Made by a program: the position numbers and the translations under genes | Assembly (NCBI RefSeq): GCF_002087085.1 | Contig: NZ_MWQY01000008.1 | Location: 1-64,000 of the forward strand | Direction: 5' to 3' | DNA: 64,000 bases | Shown here: piece after piece, positions 36,883 through 46,439 of the stretch | Position numbering within the stretch: the stretch's first letter is position 1 | How the letters are laid out: every line of letters starts with the position of its first letter | The notes under the pieces: generated by a model | Database searches by the model: none | Seen by the model: only the letters and a program-made list of their open reading frames with translations | Told to the model about the DNA's origin: nothing

Positions 36883-38389
36883 ATTCCCCGGGGCAGCGAA
36901 AGGATATACGGACCAGTGTGCCCCCGTGATTTTCAAAGGAGAGAATCCCGTCCAGCTGGTTTTCCGCCAGCCCCTTTACCAGCCGAAGACCGAGAGAAGA
37001 TGCGGAATCAGGATCAAAGCCGGCTGGTAAACCCTTGCCATTATCAGCTATCCGAAGCTCACAGTAATCACCCCTCCTTTCGAACATGACGCTCACTACC
37101 CCATGACCATGGGGGAACGCATACTTGAGGGAGTTTGAAACCAGTTCATTCAGGATCAGACCGCAGGGAATCGCCGTATCGATATCCAGTGGTACCTCTT
37201 CGATGCGGATATCCGGGGTAATTCCGAATTCTCCCGAAGTCCGGTAGGTTTGAAAAAGGTCTGTCACCAGGGTTGTGGCGTATTCCCGGAAGTCTATTCT
37301 ATCGAGCTTTTCCGATCGATAGAGCTTCTCGTGAATGAGGGCCATGGCCCGTACCCGGTTCTTGCTTTCCTGCAGGGCCGCCCGGGAATTCTCGTCCTTG
37401 AGACTCGAAGACTGCAGTCTCAGAAGGCTGGAGATAACCTGCAGGTTATTTTTAACCCGATGGTGAATCTCCTTGATCAGGATCTCCTTCTCCCTGAGAG
37501 CCGCGCTTATCAGCTTTTCCGCATGCTTTCGCTCTTCGATCTCCGCCTGAAGATCCGCAGTCCGCTCCCTGACCTTTTCCTCCAGCATCGCTGCATTGGT
37601 GGTAAGTTCCTGGTTTATTCTTCCGATTGTCTGCACCATTCGGTTAAAGGAGCGGGAAAGCCTCCCGAATTCGTCCTGCGAGGAGTTTTGAATCATTGCA
37701 GCAGCCTCCGGACCATGCTCCTCAACGTACTCCACAGCCCTGGTCAACCTGGACAGATGACGCGTTACGGACCGGCCCAGTATAATCCAGGAGGCAATTA
37801 CCGCAAAAACCGATGTTGCCAGAGTTATCAGATATGACTGGTACCGGACAGGATTTATCCTCTCGTAAAGCCGCTTATGAGGAACAGCGACCTGCACCCA
37901 GGCCTGCATGCGTCCCAGGTGGTCCGTCGCCGGGAAACTGAGAGTCCACATCGCGGTGTCTCCCTCTCCCATGTTGACCTCTTCAACATAGGGTTCGGTA
38001 TATCCCGGATCATCAGTACCGGGAAGCCTTATGGCAGACCCGTGACGGTAGGACGAATTGTGAAAAATGACATTTCCCCGGGTATCAGCGACAAGAGCAT
38101 AATCCAGCAGTTTTTTTTCTGCTACAGCCTCCTCGCACTGAAGATCAAAACCGACAATCTCATCCAGTTTTATTTCGAAGCCCAGGATCCTCTCCAGCTG
38201 GATCCTCAGGTTCCGGGCAGTCCCCGTCCCTTCCAGAAGGAGCGCGTCCTGATAGGTTCTTACAAAGAGACGATTCATCAGAACCGAGGAGATCGACAGG
38301 GTGAAGATAAGAACAAGCAGGGTAATCAGGACAATTTTAAAGCGTACCCCCCGGGTCAGCCCCAGGATTCGCTTAATCGTTCCAGGCAT
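36881..38389 (-). CDS. Membrane HAMP + HisKA_2 sensor histidine kinase
   Basis: Two TM segments, HAMP (DEFGRLSRSFNRM), EIHHRVKNNLQ, NELVSNSLKYAF, DNGKG, SLGL. Start approximated at MPGTIK. Confidence 0.88.
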   Translation of the reverse strand: MPGTIKRILGLTRGVRFKIVLITLLVLIFTLSISSVLMNRLFVRTYQDALLLEGTGTARNLRIQLERILGFEIKLDEIVGFDLQCEEAVAEKKLLDYALVADTRGNVIFHNSSYRHGSAIRLPGTDDPGYTEPYVEEVNMGEGDTAMWTLSFPATDHLGRMQAWVQVAVPHKRLYERINPVRYQSYLITLATSVFAVIASWIILGRSVTRHLSRLTRAVEYVEEHGPEAAAMIQNSSQDEFGRLSRSFNRMVQTIGRINQELTTNAAMLEEKVRERTADLQAEIEERKHAEKLISAALREKEILIKEIHHRVKNNLQVISSLLRLQSSSLKDENSRAALQESKNRVRAMALIHEKLYRSEKLDRIDFREYATTLVTDLFQTYRTSGEFGITPDIRIEEVPLDIDTAIPCGLILNELVSNSLKYAFPHGHGVVSVMFERRGDYCELRIADNGKGLPAGFDPDSASSLGLRLVKGLAENQLDGILSFENHGGTLVRISFRCPGE

Positions 38390-39404
38390 AGTCGGTACAA
38401 ATCTCGGATGACAGTAATAGATCACTCGTTAACGAAATACCCAGAGATTTTGCCCGGGCCAGACTGATTACCGGTTCTCCCTTAAGACTGGGACTGACAG
38501 GAATATCCGCAGGAGATACACCCCCTGTCAGGATCTCTCTGGCCTTGCGTCCGGCCTCCCGGCCCTGCTCATAACCGGAGATCGTCACCGAGCAGAGGGT
38601 TCCGTACTGGATACGATCCTTCCAGTAGGTGAAATCCGGGAGCCTGCTGTTTTCTGCAGTCCAGCGAAGGACATCTATATAGGAAACATTGGAACCATGC
38701 TGATCCTTGAAGAGGAAAATTCCCAGAAGACCAATGGCATCGACGGTATCCTGATATTCAAGAATTTTCTGTTTGTACTCCTCGAAGCTGCGGATTACGT
38801 CCCAGCGGACAATCTCGATTTTGGGAAGCCGGGTATCGATATCCTGTAATCTCCCCACCACAGGATTCCACATGGGACTCTCATCCGTTACGACGGCGAG
38901 TTTTCTGACCTTCGGTTGTATGGACTGGAGCAGCCTTATGGATCCCAGGGCGTGCTCTTCCTCGAGAACACCAGTAGCCCAGGAGCGTATTGATTCGGGT
39001 ATCTCTTCAGCAGTGGCGTTTATTCCGCTGAAGACCATGGGAATATCCGAACGATGATAGTTCTCCAGCATATAGTCCAGGGCATCATCATCATTCAGGT
39101 AAATCAGGTCCGGCTCCCAGTCCGCAATAATCTGCAAGGCACTGCGACCGGCGGCTTCTATTCCCGCCGGAGAACTCTGGCGCTTCGCATCCAGCTCGAC
39201 AATTCTAATGTCCGCATCCGGAATGGACAGTCCGTCTCTGAACCCGGATAACTGATCGATGTTCCAGGGCCACGCGGCATGGTAGCTCATTATGTGCAGG
39301 ATTCGAACTCTCTCGCGCTGCTGGGCGGAGACTCCCACAGAAAAGAGCGTCAGGAACAGCAGCATGAGGATAACGGAGAGTCTCCGTGTCCGCTTATTCA
39401 TCAT
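38373..39404 (-). CDS. Periplasmic substrate-binding protein (ABC_sub_bind-like)
   Basis: Signal peptide, IMSYH, DDDA, PMVFSGIN, TGVLE, EQGREAG. Confidence 0.75.
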   Translation of the reverse strand: MMNKRTRRLSVILMLLFLTLFSVGVSAQQRERVRILHIMSYHAAWPWNIDQLSGFRDGLSIPDADIRIVELDAKRQSSPAGIEAAGRSALQIIADWEPDLIYLNDDDALDYMLENYHRSDIPMVFSGINATAEEIPESIRSWATGVLEEEHALGSIRLLQSIQPKVRKLAVVTDESPMWNPVVGRLQDIDTRLPKIEIVRWDVIRSFEEYKQKILEYQDTVDAIGLLGIFLFKDQHGSNVSYIDVLRWTAENSRLPDFTYWKDRIQYGTLCSVTISGYEQGREAGRKAREILTGGVSPADIPVSPSLKGEPVISLARAKSLGISLTSDLLLSSEICTDYAWND

Positions 39405-39789
39405 ATCCTCCGTACTTCTGCGGTCCCAGGGACGTCTCAATCGCCTGGATCAGCTCATTCTCATCAAAGGGTTTGGCCACCAGGGAACAGAGAGGAGAAG
39501 GCAGCCCGGCCTGTAATCCGGGAAGAGTGTTATTGGCCGTAAGAAAAATTATCGGGACCTGATGTTCCTTATGGATTTCTTCTGCAGCCTCAATTCCTGA
39601 GTAGGCATCTTTCAAACTTACGTCCATCAGAATACAGTCCGGTTTTTTCATCTCGCGTATATAATCCACAGCACCGCGGCCGGTATTGATTATGTGGTCG
39701 ACAGTGTACCCCCGTCGTTCCAGAGTTGTCTTGAGATCCGCTGCAACAATAAACTCGTCTTCCACAATCATCACGTTTTTTCTACACAT
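39394..39789 (-). CDS. Single-domain response regulator
   Basis: VEDE, PDCILMD, PIIFLTA, KPF; no output domain. Confidence 0.9.
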   Translation of the reverse strand: MCRKNVMIVEDEFIVAADLKTTLERRGYTVDHIINTGRGAVDYIREMKKPDCILMDVSLKDAYSGIEAAEEIHKEHQVPIIFLTANNTLPGLQAGLPSPLCSLVAKPFDENELIQAIETSLGPQKYGGYDE

Positions 39790-39930
39790 ATAGTAACACT
39801 ACTATATGATCAAAATATCTATTCTGTCAATTTTTTTCCAGATTCCAGGGATCGAATTATCCCCGGGGATTGAAACTTTTATGCATTATTCCGATACTTG
39901 AGCTCCCATATGACAATCCAAGGAGCCCCT

Positions 39931-40866
39931 GTGACTAAGAACGAGTGCGCCCTGCTGGCCGAAAATACCGCAAAGGTTGTTGTCGGCAAACAGCGCGCCA
40001 TGGAATTATTGACTGTCGCCCTTATAGCGGAAGGACATGTACTTCTCGAAGATGTACCGGGCCTGGGAAAAACCCTTATGGCCAAATCCCTGGCCAGGAG
40101 TATAGACGGCAGGTTCAGACGGATCCAGTTTACTCCGGACCTGCTGCCTGCGGACATTACCGGATTCTCGGTATACGATCAGAAAAGCGGCGATTTTGTT
40201 TTTCATCCCGGCCCGATAATGTGCAACGTACTCCTGGCGGACGAAATCAACCGGACAATTCCCCGGACCCAGTCGAGTCTTCTGGAGAGTATGGGGGAGT
40301 TTCAGGTCACGGTGGATGGCAGGACCCTGCAGCTGCCGAGGCCCTTTTTTGTTATTGCCACCCAGAATCCCATAGAAATGGACGGGACCTTCCCGCTTCC
40401 GGAAGCTCAGCTGGACCGTTTTCTCATGCGTATAGATCTGGGATATCCCTCCAGGGACGAAGAGATTCTCATCCTGGAACGTTTTCAGCAGGATGATCCC
40501 CTGGAGAGCCTGGAACCGGTCATAGATCCGGAACGCATTACCCATCTTCAGGAGGAACGAAGCAGGATAACCATCTCCTCCCCGGTAAGAGAGTATATTG
40601 CAGATCTGGTGGCCGCGACCCGCAGTCACGGGAAGGTACGCTTCGGCGTCAGTCCCCGGGGAGCCATCGGTATTATGCGGGCGGCCCAGGCCCTTGCCCT
40701 TCTGCGGGGACGGGAATTCGTTCTGCCGGATGATGTAAAGGAGCTTGCAGGTCCGGTTCTCGAGCACCGCATAATACTGCGTCACGATGAAAGAACCCGG
40801 GGGGCCACCGCCGCGGCGGTTCTGGGCGAGGTACTCGGCTCTGTTCCGGTTCCCGTACCTGTATAA
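39931..40866 (+). CDS. MoxR-family AAA+ ATPase
   Basis: EDVPGLGKT, RIQFTPDLLPADITG, LADEINR, ATQNPIE, PLPEAQLDRF. GTG start after AGGAG. Confidence 0.93.
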   Translation: MTKNECALLAENTAKVVVGKQRAMELLTVALIAEGHVLLEDVPGLGKTLMAKSLARSIDGRFRRIQFTPDLLPADITGFSVYDQKSGDFVFHPGPIMCNVLLADEINRTIPRTQSSLLESMGEFQVTVDGRTLQLPRPFFVIATQNPIEMDGTFPLPEAQLDRFLMRIDLGYPSRDEEILILERFQQDDPLESLEPVIDPERITHLQEERSRITISSPVREYIADLVAATRSHGKVRFGVSPRGAIGIMRAAQALALLRGREFVLPDDVKELAGPVLEHRIILRHDERTRGATAAAVLGEVLGSVPVPVPV

Positions 40867-40872
40867 AATCCC

Positions 40873-42087
40873 ATGAGCGATCAGGAATCGACCGTCTACT
40901 CCAGTTTCTTCTCCATGGGCTTCAGCCTTGGCCTTGTTTGTATCGTTCTGTTCATCGCTCTGGTACAGAAAAACCTTAATCTGGCCCTTCCTGCGGGAGG
41001 AATACTGATTATCGGGGTCGGTACCAGACTCTGGAGCCGCCTGTCCCTGTACAGGCTGGAGGTCTCAGTCGATTTGAGCACAGACCGCCTGTTCCCGGGA
41101 GAACTGCTCAGCCTCAGCGTAAAACTCGAAAACCGGAAGCTCCTGCCTGTTTTTACGGGACTTGAGCTGCACTCCCCTGCCCTTCTGGCTGATGAAAAGC
41201 AGCTGCCGCTTAACGGAGAGACACGGTTGCTCTCCTTCGAAAAAAGCCGACGGATCTGGCATGTGACGGCGCGAAAACGGGGAGTGGCCCCCCTGGGAGA
41301 GATACGTATCGCTTCAGGGGACCTTCTTGGACTCCACAGGAGAATCAAGACTGTAACCGATTCACGGGAGATTATCGTCTATCCGCGGCGTGGGGAGTTT
41401 CAGCCCCTGAACATCCCCTTCCAGGAGTTCTTCGGCATAAATGCCTCAAAGGGTCCGGTGGAAGATCCGGCCTGGTACGCCGGAACCAGGGATTACAGCG
41501 GAAACAGACCGGCGAGAAACATCCACTGGAAAGCCAGTGCCCGGCTTGGAAAACTCCAGGAAAAACTCTATGAGCCCACATCTCACCGAAAGGTCCTGCT
41601 GGTCCTGGACCTTTCGGGGTTCAGCCTGCTGGAAGATACGGAGGAGATTGAACACCTTATTACCAGTGTGGGAACCCTGGCCTACGTTCTGATGGAGACA
41701 GGCGCCTCCTTCGGGCTCGTAACCAATGCAGCCCTTGCAGGAGAATCAGAAGGCGTTCTGCCCATCGGCCGCGGTCCGGAGCACCTGGGACGGCTTCTCG
41801 AGATACTAGCCCGCATCGACTACAGAGAGGTCATAAGTATCCTGCCTCTTCTCAAGGTCCTGGACCACGGGGACCTGGGGCTGGTGTACTGTGCAGCCGG
41901 CAAATCACAGGCAATTGCCGAAAATCTTTCCGACATTCTTCCCCGCCGGCGAAGGATACTTTTTATTTTCTCCCGCCTGACGGAACACCCTGCCATGACC
42001 CCTTCCTCCTCCACAGGGCTGGTTGAACCTGCATTCTGGATGGGATTTCCCGCCTATCGTGCCGGGGAGGTGGTTCATGCCGAATAG
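40873..42087 (+). CDS. DUF58 family protein
   Basis: N-terminal TM segments; RRG-like RKRG..GD.LG, IVYP, RDY..G..RNIHWKASAR. Follows moxR. Confidence 0.85.
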   Translation: MSDQESTVYSSFFSMGFSLGLVCIVLFIALVQKNLNLALPAGGILIIGVGTRLWSRLSLYRLEVSVDLSTDRLFPGELLSLSVKLENRKLLPVFTGLELHSPALLADEKQLPLNGETRLLSFEKSRRIWHVTARKRGVAPLGEIRIASGDLLGLHRRIKTVTDSREIIVYPRRGEFQPLNIPFQEFFGINASKGPVEDPAWYAGTRDYSGNRPARNIHWKASARLGKLQEKLYEPTSHRKVLLVLDLSGFSLLEDTEEIEHLITSVGTLAYVLMETGASFGLVTNAALAGESEGVLPIGRGPEHLGRLLEILARIDYREVISILPLLKVLDHGDLGLVYCAAGKSQAIAENLSDILPRRRRILFIFSRLTEHPAMTPSSSTGLVEPAFWMGFPAYRAGEVVHAE

Positions 42088-43498
42088 GACAGGACTTTCC
42101 CCATATCTTCCGGTACTGCTTGCCACTGCGGCCATGGATCTCTGCCGCTGGTATATAGCCGCGGGTCTCTTTTTCATGATTCCAGAGCGCGGCAGCATTT
42201 CCCTGCTCCCGTCAGGCCTGGCCCTTACCGGGGCCATGTTCCTTTCTCTGCTGATGAGCAGACTAAAGAAGCGCCGTATCGCCGACCTGCTTGCACACAC
42301 CCTCGGGCTTGCGGCATCCCTCTGCCTTATGCTGAAAAGTTTTACGGGCCTGCCCTTCCATTTTTCAAAAGGCATCGCAGGTTTTTTCGGGGCTTACAGC
42401 ATGATCTCCACACCTGGAGAATGGTTTTCCCTTGCCCTTGTACTCGGCTGGACCCTCCTGCTCTGGCTGAGGGGCAGGCATCTGGGATCCCGGCCCGGGG
42501 ATTACAAGCGAACGGTTGCCCGTTTCGATGCTGGAATACTGCTTATTTTCGCCGTTTATTTCCTTCGCATGGGTATACGCCTGGAGGATCCCCATGCCAT
42601 ATCCTCCGTAAGCGCGTATCTGCTTTTCGGCATCCTCGCAATCTATGCGGCCCGCAATCGGGACAGGGACCGGAATTTCATACACACGACTTCAGCCTTC
42701 GGGCTTGTTCTGCTTTTTACTGTCGGCTTTATTCTTCTCGGGACCGCCGGCGTTGTGCTCTACCCTCTTATGGCGGATACAGCCGGCGAGGTATATTCGG
42801 TCATCAGGAAAGGGACGGAACCTTTTCAGCCCCTGATTATTGCCTTCCTTCGCTTTCTTTTCGGCCGACGATCTGCGGTATCAGCTGGAACGGCGGGCGC
42901 AGGTCCTTCCGCCGAGGAGCTCAGCGCCGGTCCGCCCCGGGAACCGGGCTTCTGGATGCAGCTCTTCGAGAAGATTCTGGTCTACAGCATCGGAGGCATC
43001 CTGGCTATCCTTACCCTCCTTATTGCCGGATACCTTCTCTGGCGGCTTGCAGGCTATCTTTTCGCTCCCGGGAAAAAGAAGGATGAAGGAATCGCTTTTC
43101 GAGAGTTCCTTCGGATTCTCCTGCAGAAAATCTCCGAGGGAACAGGCATACTCCTTCGTGCGGTCAGAAAGATCCCGGAGATCCTTTTAAAAAGCCGCAG
43201 GCGAAACCTGTCGGCAGGTTCCTCCGCCTTCAGGAAACTCATCTCCTGGGGCCGTTTTTCCGGGATAAGGATAGAAACCGACGAAACCGCCGGAGAGTAC
43301 GGCCGTCGTCTGGCAAAGGCTTTTCCCCCCGTTTCAGATGCCGTTCGTGCAATAGTCAGATACGCAGAGTCCGAAACCTATGGTGAGAAAGCTCTGTCCG
43401 GCGAAGAGCGTCTGGAACTCCGTCGTGCCCGCAGGAAGACAGGAACTTTCCGGCTGCTCCCTCTGCGCCTGGCAAACAGGATGGGGTTTCGTAGATAG
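42077..43498 (+). CDS. Multi-TM membrane protein with a C-terminal DUF4129-like domain
   Basis: Many TM segments; C-terminal ETAGEYGRRL...YG motif. Confidence 0.7.
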   Translation: MPNRTGLSPYLPVLLATAAMDLCRWYIAAGLFFMIPERGSISLLPSGLALTGAMFLSLLMSRLKKRRIADLLAHTLGLAASLCLMLKSFTGLPFHFSKGIAGFFGAYSMISTPGEWFSLALVLGWTLLLWLRGRHLGSRPGDYKRTVARFDAGILLIFAVYFLRMGIRLEDPHAISSVSAYLLFGILAIYAARNRDRDRNFIHTTSAFGLVLLFTVGFILLGTAGVVLYPLMADTAGEVYSVIRKGTEPFQPLIIAFLRFLFGRRSAVSAGTAGAGPSAEELSAGPPREPGFWMQLFEKILVYSIGGILAILTLLIAGYLLWRLAGYLFAPGKKKDEGIAFREFLRILLQKISEGTGILLRAVRKIPEILLKSRRRNLSAGSSAFRKLISWGRFSGIRIETDETAGEYGRRLAKAFPPVSDAVRAIVRYAESETYGEKALSGEERLELRRARRKTGTFRLLPLRLANRMGFRR

Positions 43499-43505
43499 TT
43501 TTTTC

Positions 43506-43551
43506 TTGACAGTATCTGACGGGAGAGTTAAAATAATAATCGTTCCTATTT
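43506..43551 (+). promoter_or_regulatory. sigma70 promoter with an overlapping Fur/Per-like operator
   Basis: TTGACA-17 bp-TAAAAT, followed by AATAATCGTTCCTATT. Confidence 0.7.
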
Positions 43552-43569
43552 TTACTTAAGGAGGAGAGC

Positions 43570-43968
43570 ATAGCAAAAAACCGCAGGTATAATCGCAGCA
43601 GACAGCGTGATCGAATACTTGAGCTGCTGCGAGAGACCGGTGACCATCCCACTGCCGACTGGCTCTACACCCAATTGAAGGATGAGTTTCCAAATCTCAG
43701 TGTAGGTACGATCTACCGAAACCTGAACATCCTTCTGGATCAGGGCCTTATTAAAAAGATCGACTTTGGAAGCACCTTCGACCGTTTTGAAGCGAATACT
43801 GCGCCCCATTACCATTTTATCTGTGATCGCTGCGGTTCCATTATCGATCTCGACCTTCCCATCGATCCCGACCTGGACTCCAGGGTCAATGACCGGACCC
43901 CCTACACCGCTCTGCGGCATAAGATCGAATTCTTTGGTCTTTGCAACCGCTGCTCTAACATGCAGTAG
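43570..43968 (+). CDS. Fur-family peroxide regulator (PerR-like), probable ATA start
   Basis: SRQRDRILELL..DHPTADWLY..LSVGTIYRNL, HYHFICDRCG, GLCNRC. The reading frame extends upstream of the ORF-track start to an ATA behind TAAGGAGG. Confidence 0.88.
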   Translation: MAKNRRYNRSRQRDRILELLRETGDHPTADWLYTQLKDEFPNLSVGTIYRNLNILLDQGLIKKIDFGSTFDRFEANTAPHYHFICDRCGSIIDLDLPIDPDLDSRVNDRTPYTALRHKIEFFGLCNRCSNMQ

Positions 43969-43985
43969 GTTTTTTTGCTTTAAAT

Positions 43986-44008
43986 ATAAGAATCGTTCTG
44001 ATTCTTAT
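43986..44008 (+). promoter_or_regulatory. Inverted-repeat operator upstream of dpsL
   Basis: ATAAGAATC-GTTCT-GATTCTTAT perfect 9-bp arms; shares AATCGTTC with the perR promoter. Confidence 0.65.
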
Positions 44009-44055
44009 TTATCAATGCGCAGGCATTGACAAACTTTTTTTCAGGGAGGCCTAAT

Positions 44056-44607
44056 ATGGCACGGGTAGCACAAGAGATGGTAAAAAAAGCGGGAGTAGAT
44101 CTGGATCTGCTCATCAAACTGTTGGTAAAAAACGCTTCTGCCGAGCTTACAACATTCTACTACTACACAATTCTCAGGGTTAATCTTATCGGACTTGAAG
44201 GGGAGGGAATCAAGGAGATTGCAGAAACCGCCCGTATTGAGGACCGAAATCACTTCGAAGCCCTGGTACCACGGATCTATGAGCTGGGAGGAGAACTTCC
44301 GGGGGACATGAAGAAGTTTCATGATATCTCTGCCTGCCCCCCCGCGAGCCTGCCCGGGAAGGCGAATAATGCCACTGAAATTCTGAAGGTTCTGGTGGAG
44401 GCGGAGCGCTGTGCCGTCCGGGGATATACGGAAATCTGCAACATGACCGCCGGCAAGGACCACCGCACCTATGATCTTGCCCTTGCGATTCTGAACGAGG
44501 AAATAGAGCATGAATCCTGGTTCTCGGAATTCCTGGGCGAAGGGCCCTCCGGCCACTTTCTGCGGCGGGGAGATACATCGCCTTTTGTTTCGAAATTTCT
44601 AAAATAA
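44056..44607 (+). CDS. DPS-like ferritin-family protein (DpsL)
   Basis: AELTTFYYY, EDRNHFE, ACP, EAERCA, EEIEHE di-iron motifs plus Cys pair. Confidence 0.88.
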   Translation: MARVAQEMVKKAGVDLDLLIKLLVKNASAELTTFYYYTILRVNLIGLEGEGIKEIAETARIEDRNHFEALVPRIYELGGELPGDMKKFHDISACPPASLPGKANNATEILKVLVEAERCAVRGYTEICNMTAGKDHRTYDLALAILNEEIEHESWFSEFLGEGPSGHFLRRGDTSPFVSKFLK

Positions 44608-44731
44608 GCCATGCATCCGGAGCCCGGAGCAGCAGAAGGGAATTCTCTGCTCCGGGCCCTTTCAGGGCAGCTTGCAAATCTACCTGTATAGTGTAAAATA
44701 CCATGAAATATTCCTTGATCAGTGGAGGTCC

Positions 44732-46015
44732 GTGCTGGAACGGGAGGAAAAGCGTCTCTATGGACTTATGTACATTCTGCTGGCTGGATTCTTCCTCGCC
44801 GGGCTTTTTACTCAAGGTCCGGCCTCAGTCGGCGCCGGGCTGCTTAAGATACAGGTACACCCGGCACGCCTTTTAAACGATTTTACCCTGGTGGGCGGGG
44901 AAGGCGCCGCCCTGGTGAATGCTGCCGTTATCGCAGCCCTTGGACTGCTGCTGGTCCGAATAAACCGGGTCCGGCTTTCCGGCCCCACCCTGTCGGCTGT
45001 TTTTACCATTTTCGGATTCGGGCTCTTCGGTAAAACCGTCTTCAATATTTTACCCATCGTAATCGGTGTGGTCATCTCAGCGCGTATCGCCGGAAAAAGT
45101 TTCAGGGAGTACATCCTGATGGCCCTCTTCGGTACGACCCTGGGTCCCCTGGTGACCAGCCTGGGTTTCGAAACCGGCCTGCCCCTGCTTCCGGCCATGG
45201 CCGTAGCTGTGGCTGGCGGTATCACCGTGGGGATCCTGCTTCCCCCTGTCGCCATGATCATGCTTCGCATGCACCAGGGTTTCAGCCTCTACAATATCGG
45301 ACTTACCGGCGGGTTTATCGCAATATTCGGTGCCGCTGTCCTTACAGCCTCCGGCAGGGCTCTGAATACTTCCCTGGTCTGGAACTCCGCGCCTTCCGGA
45401 CTGCTGATCTATCTGGTTCCCGTAACCTCCGCTGTTTTACTGATTTTCGGACTCCTGGGGAAGGCTAAACAAAACCTCGGGGATTTTATAAAGATTCTGA
45501 CCCTCCCCGGACGTCTGCCGTCGGATTTTATGAGTTCCACCTCCATAAGTGGCAGCCTGATAAATATGGGTATAATCGGTCTGCTGACCTGGAGCTATGT
45601 ACTGCTGGTAGGAGGCGATGTGAACGGTCCGGTTCTGGGAGGGATATTTACCGCCCTGGGCTTTGCCGCCTTCGGAAAGCATCCGAAAAACAGCTGGCCC
45701 CTTGTCGCCGGGGTAGTCGCAGCCTGCCTTGTATTCGGTAAGGACCTGGCCGCCCCCGGACCTCTTCTGGCAGCCCTCTTCTGCCTGACCCTGGCCCCTG
45801 TGGCAGGCGAATTCGGCTGGATGGCAGGTGTTATCGCCGGTTTCCTGCACCTGGTCATGGTGGAAAGAACCGGGGCCTGGCATCTCGGGATCAATCTCTA
45901 CAACAACGGCTTCGCCGGCGGTCTGACAGCGACCCTGATGGTTGCGGTGATCGAGTGGTTCAGAACCAGCCGCGAGAACAGCAGGACAGAACCGTCCTAC
46001 AGAAGGAGAAGATAA
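44732..46015 (+). CDS. DUF1576-like integral membrane protein (internal duplication)
   Basis: Repeated halves: GPT..GFGLFGK / GPV..GFAAFGKH, and GFSLYNIG / GINLYNNGF. GTG start after GGAGG. Confidence 0.75.
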   Translation: MLEREEKRLYGLMYILLAGFFLAGLFTQGPASVGAGLLKIQVHPARLLNDFTLVGGEGAALVNAAVIAALGLLLVRINRVRLSGPTLSAVFTIFGFGLFGKTVFNILPIVIGVVISARIAGKSFREYILMALFGTTLGPLVTSLGFETGLPLLPAMAVAVAGGITVGILLPPVAMIMLRMHQGFSLYNIGLTGGFIAIFGAAVLTASGRALNTSLVWNSAPSGLLIYLVPVTSAVLLIFGLLGKAKQNLGDFIKILTLPGRLPSDFMSSTSISGSLINMGIIGLLTWSYVLLVGGDVNGPVLGGIFTALGFAAFGKHPKNSWPLVAGVVAACLVFGKDLAAPGPLLAALFCLTLAPVAGEFGWMAGVIAGFLHLVMVERTGAWHLGINLYNNGFAGGLTATLMVAVIEWFRTSRENSRTEPSYRRRR

Positions 46016-46018
46016 GCA

Positions 46019-46408
46019 ATGAAACACAAGCGCACCGAGTTCATCCTGCATCTTATAAGCGAGGTTGCCCATTTTGTCCTGGACGCCGATCCCTCCAGAA
46101 TGGTCATATCCCTCCATCAGGAAAAAGACGGTCTGCATCTGGCGATCTTTGATGACCGGACCCGGAATGCGGAGGAACTCCAATCCATACGGAAGTCCCT
46201 GGAGCACCAGGAACGGCCTGAACTGGCCGGGTATTACGGTTCCATGGCAGGATACGATATGCTTGGAGAGGCACGCCTGGATCTGGTAGGCTGGCAGATA
46301 AAAGCCGCCACCGTCAGCGATACCGGCAGCGGAACCCAGATCGATCTATGGCTGGGGGGCGATCGTTTTGATCCGGAAAAGTTCACCCTGGGAAACACTA
46401 AGCAGTAA
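46019..46408 (+). CDS. Hypothetical protein, possible degenerate HATPase (GHKL) fold
   Basis: Operonic spacing of 3 bp; LHLAIFDD and SDTGSGTQIDLW resemble GHKL G1/G3 boxes. Confidence 0.6.
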   Translation: MKHKRTEFILHLISEVAHFVLDADPSRMVISLHQEKDGLHLAIFDDRTRNAEELQSIRKSLEHQERPELAGYYGSMAGYDMLGEARLDLVGWQIKAATVSDTGSGTQIDLWLGGDRFDPEKFTLGNTKQ

Positions 46409-46439
46409 TCAGGCACGGCTTTGAGTTGTAGAGAATCTT

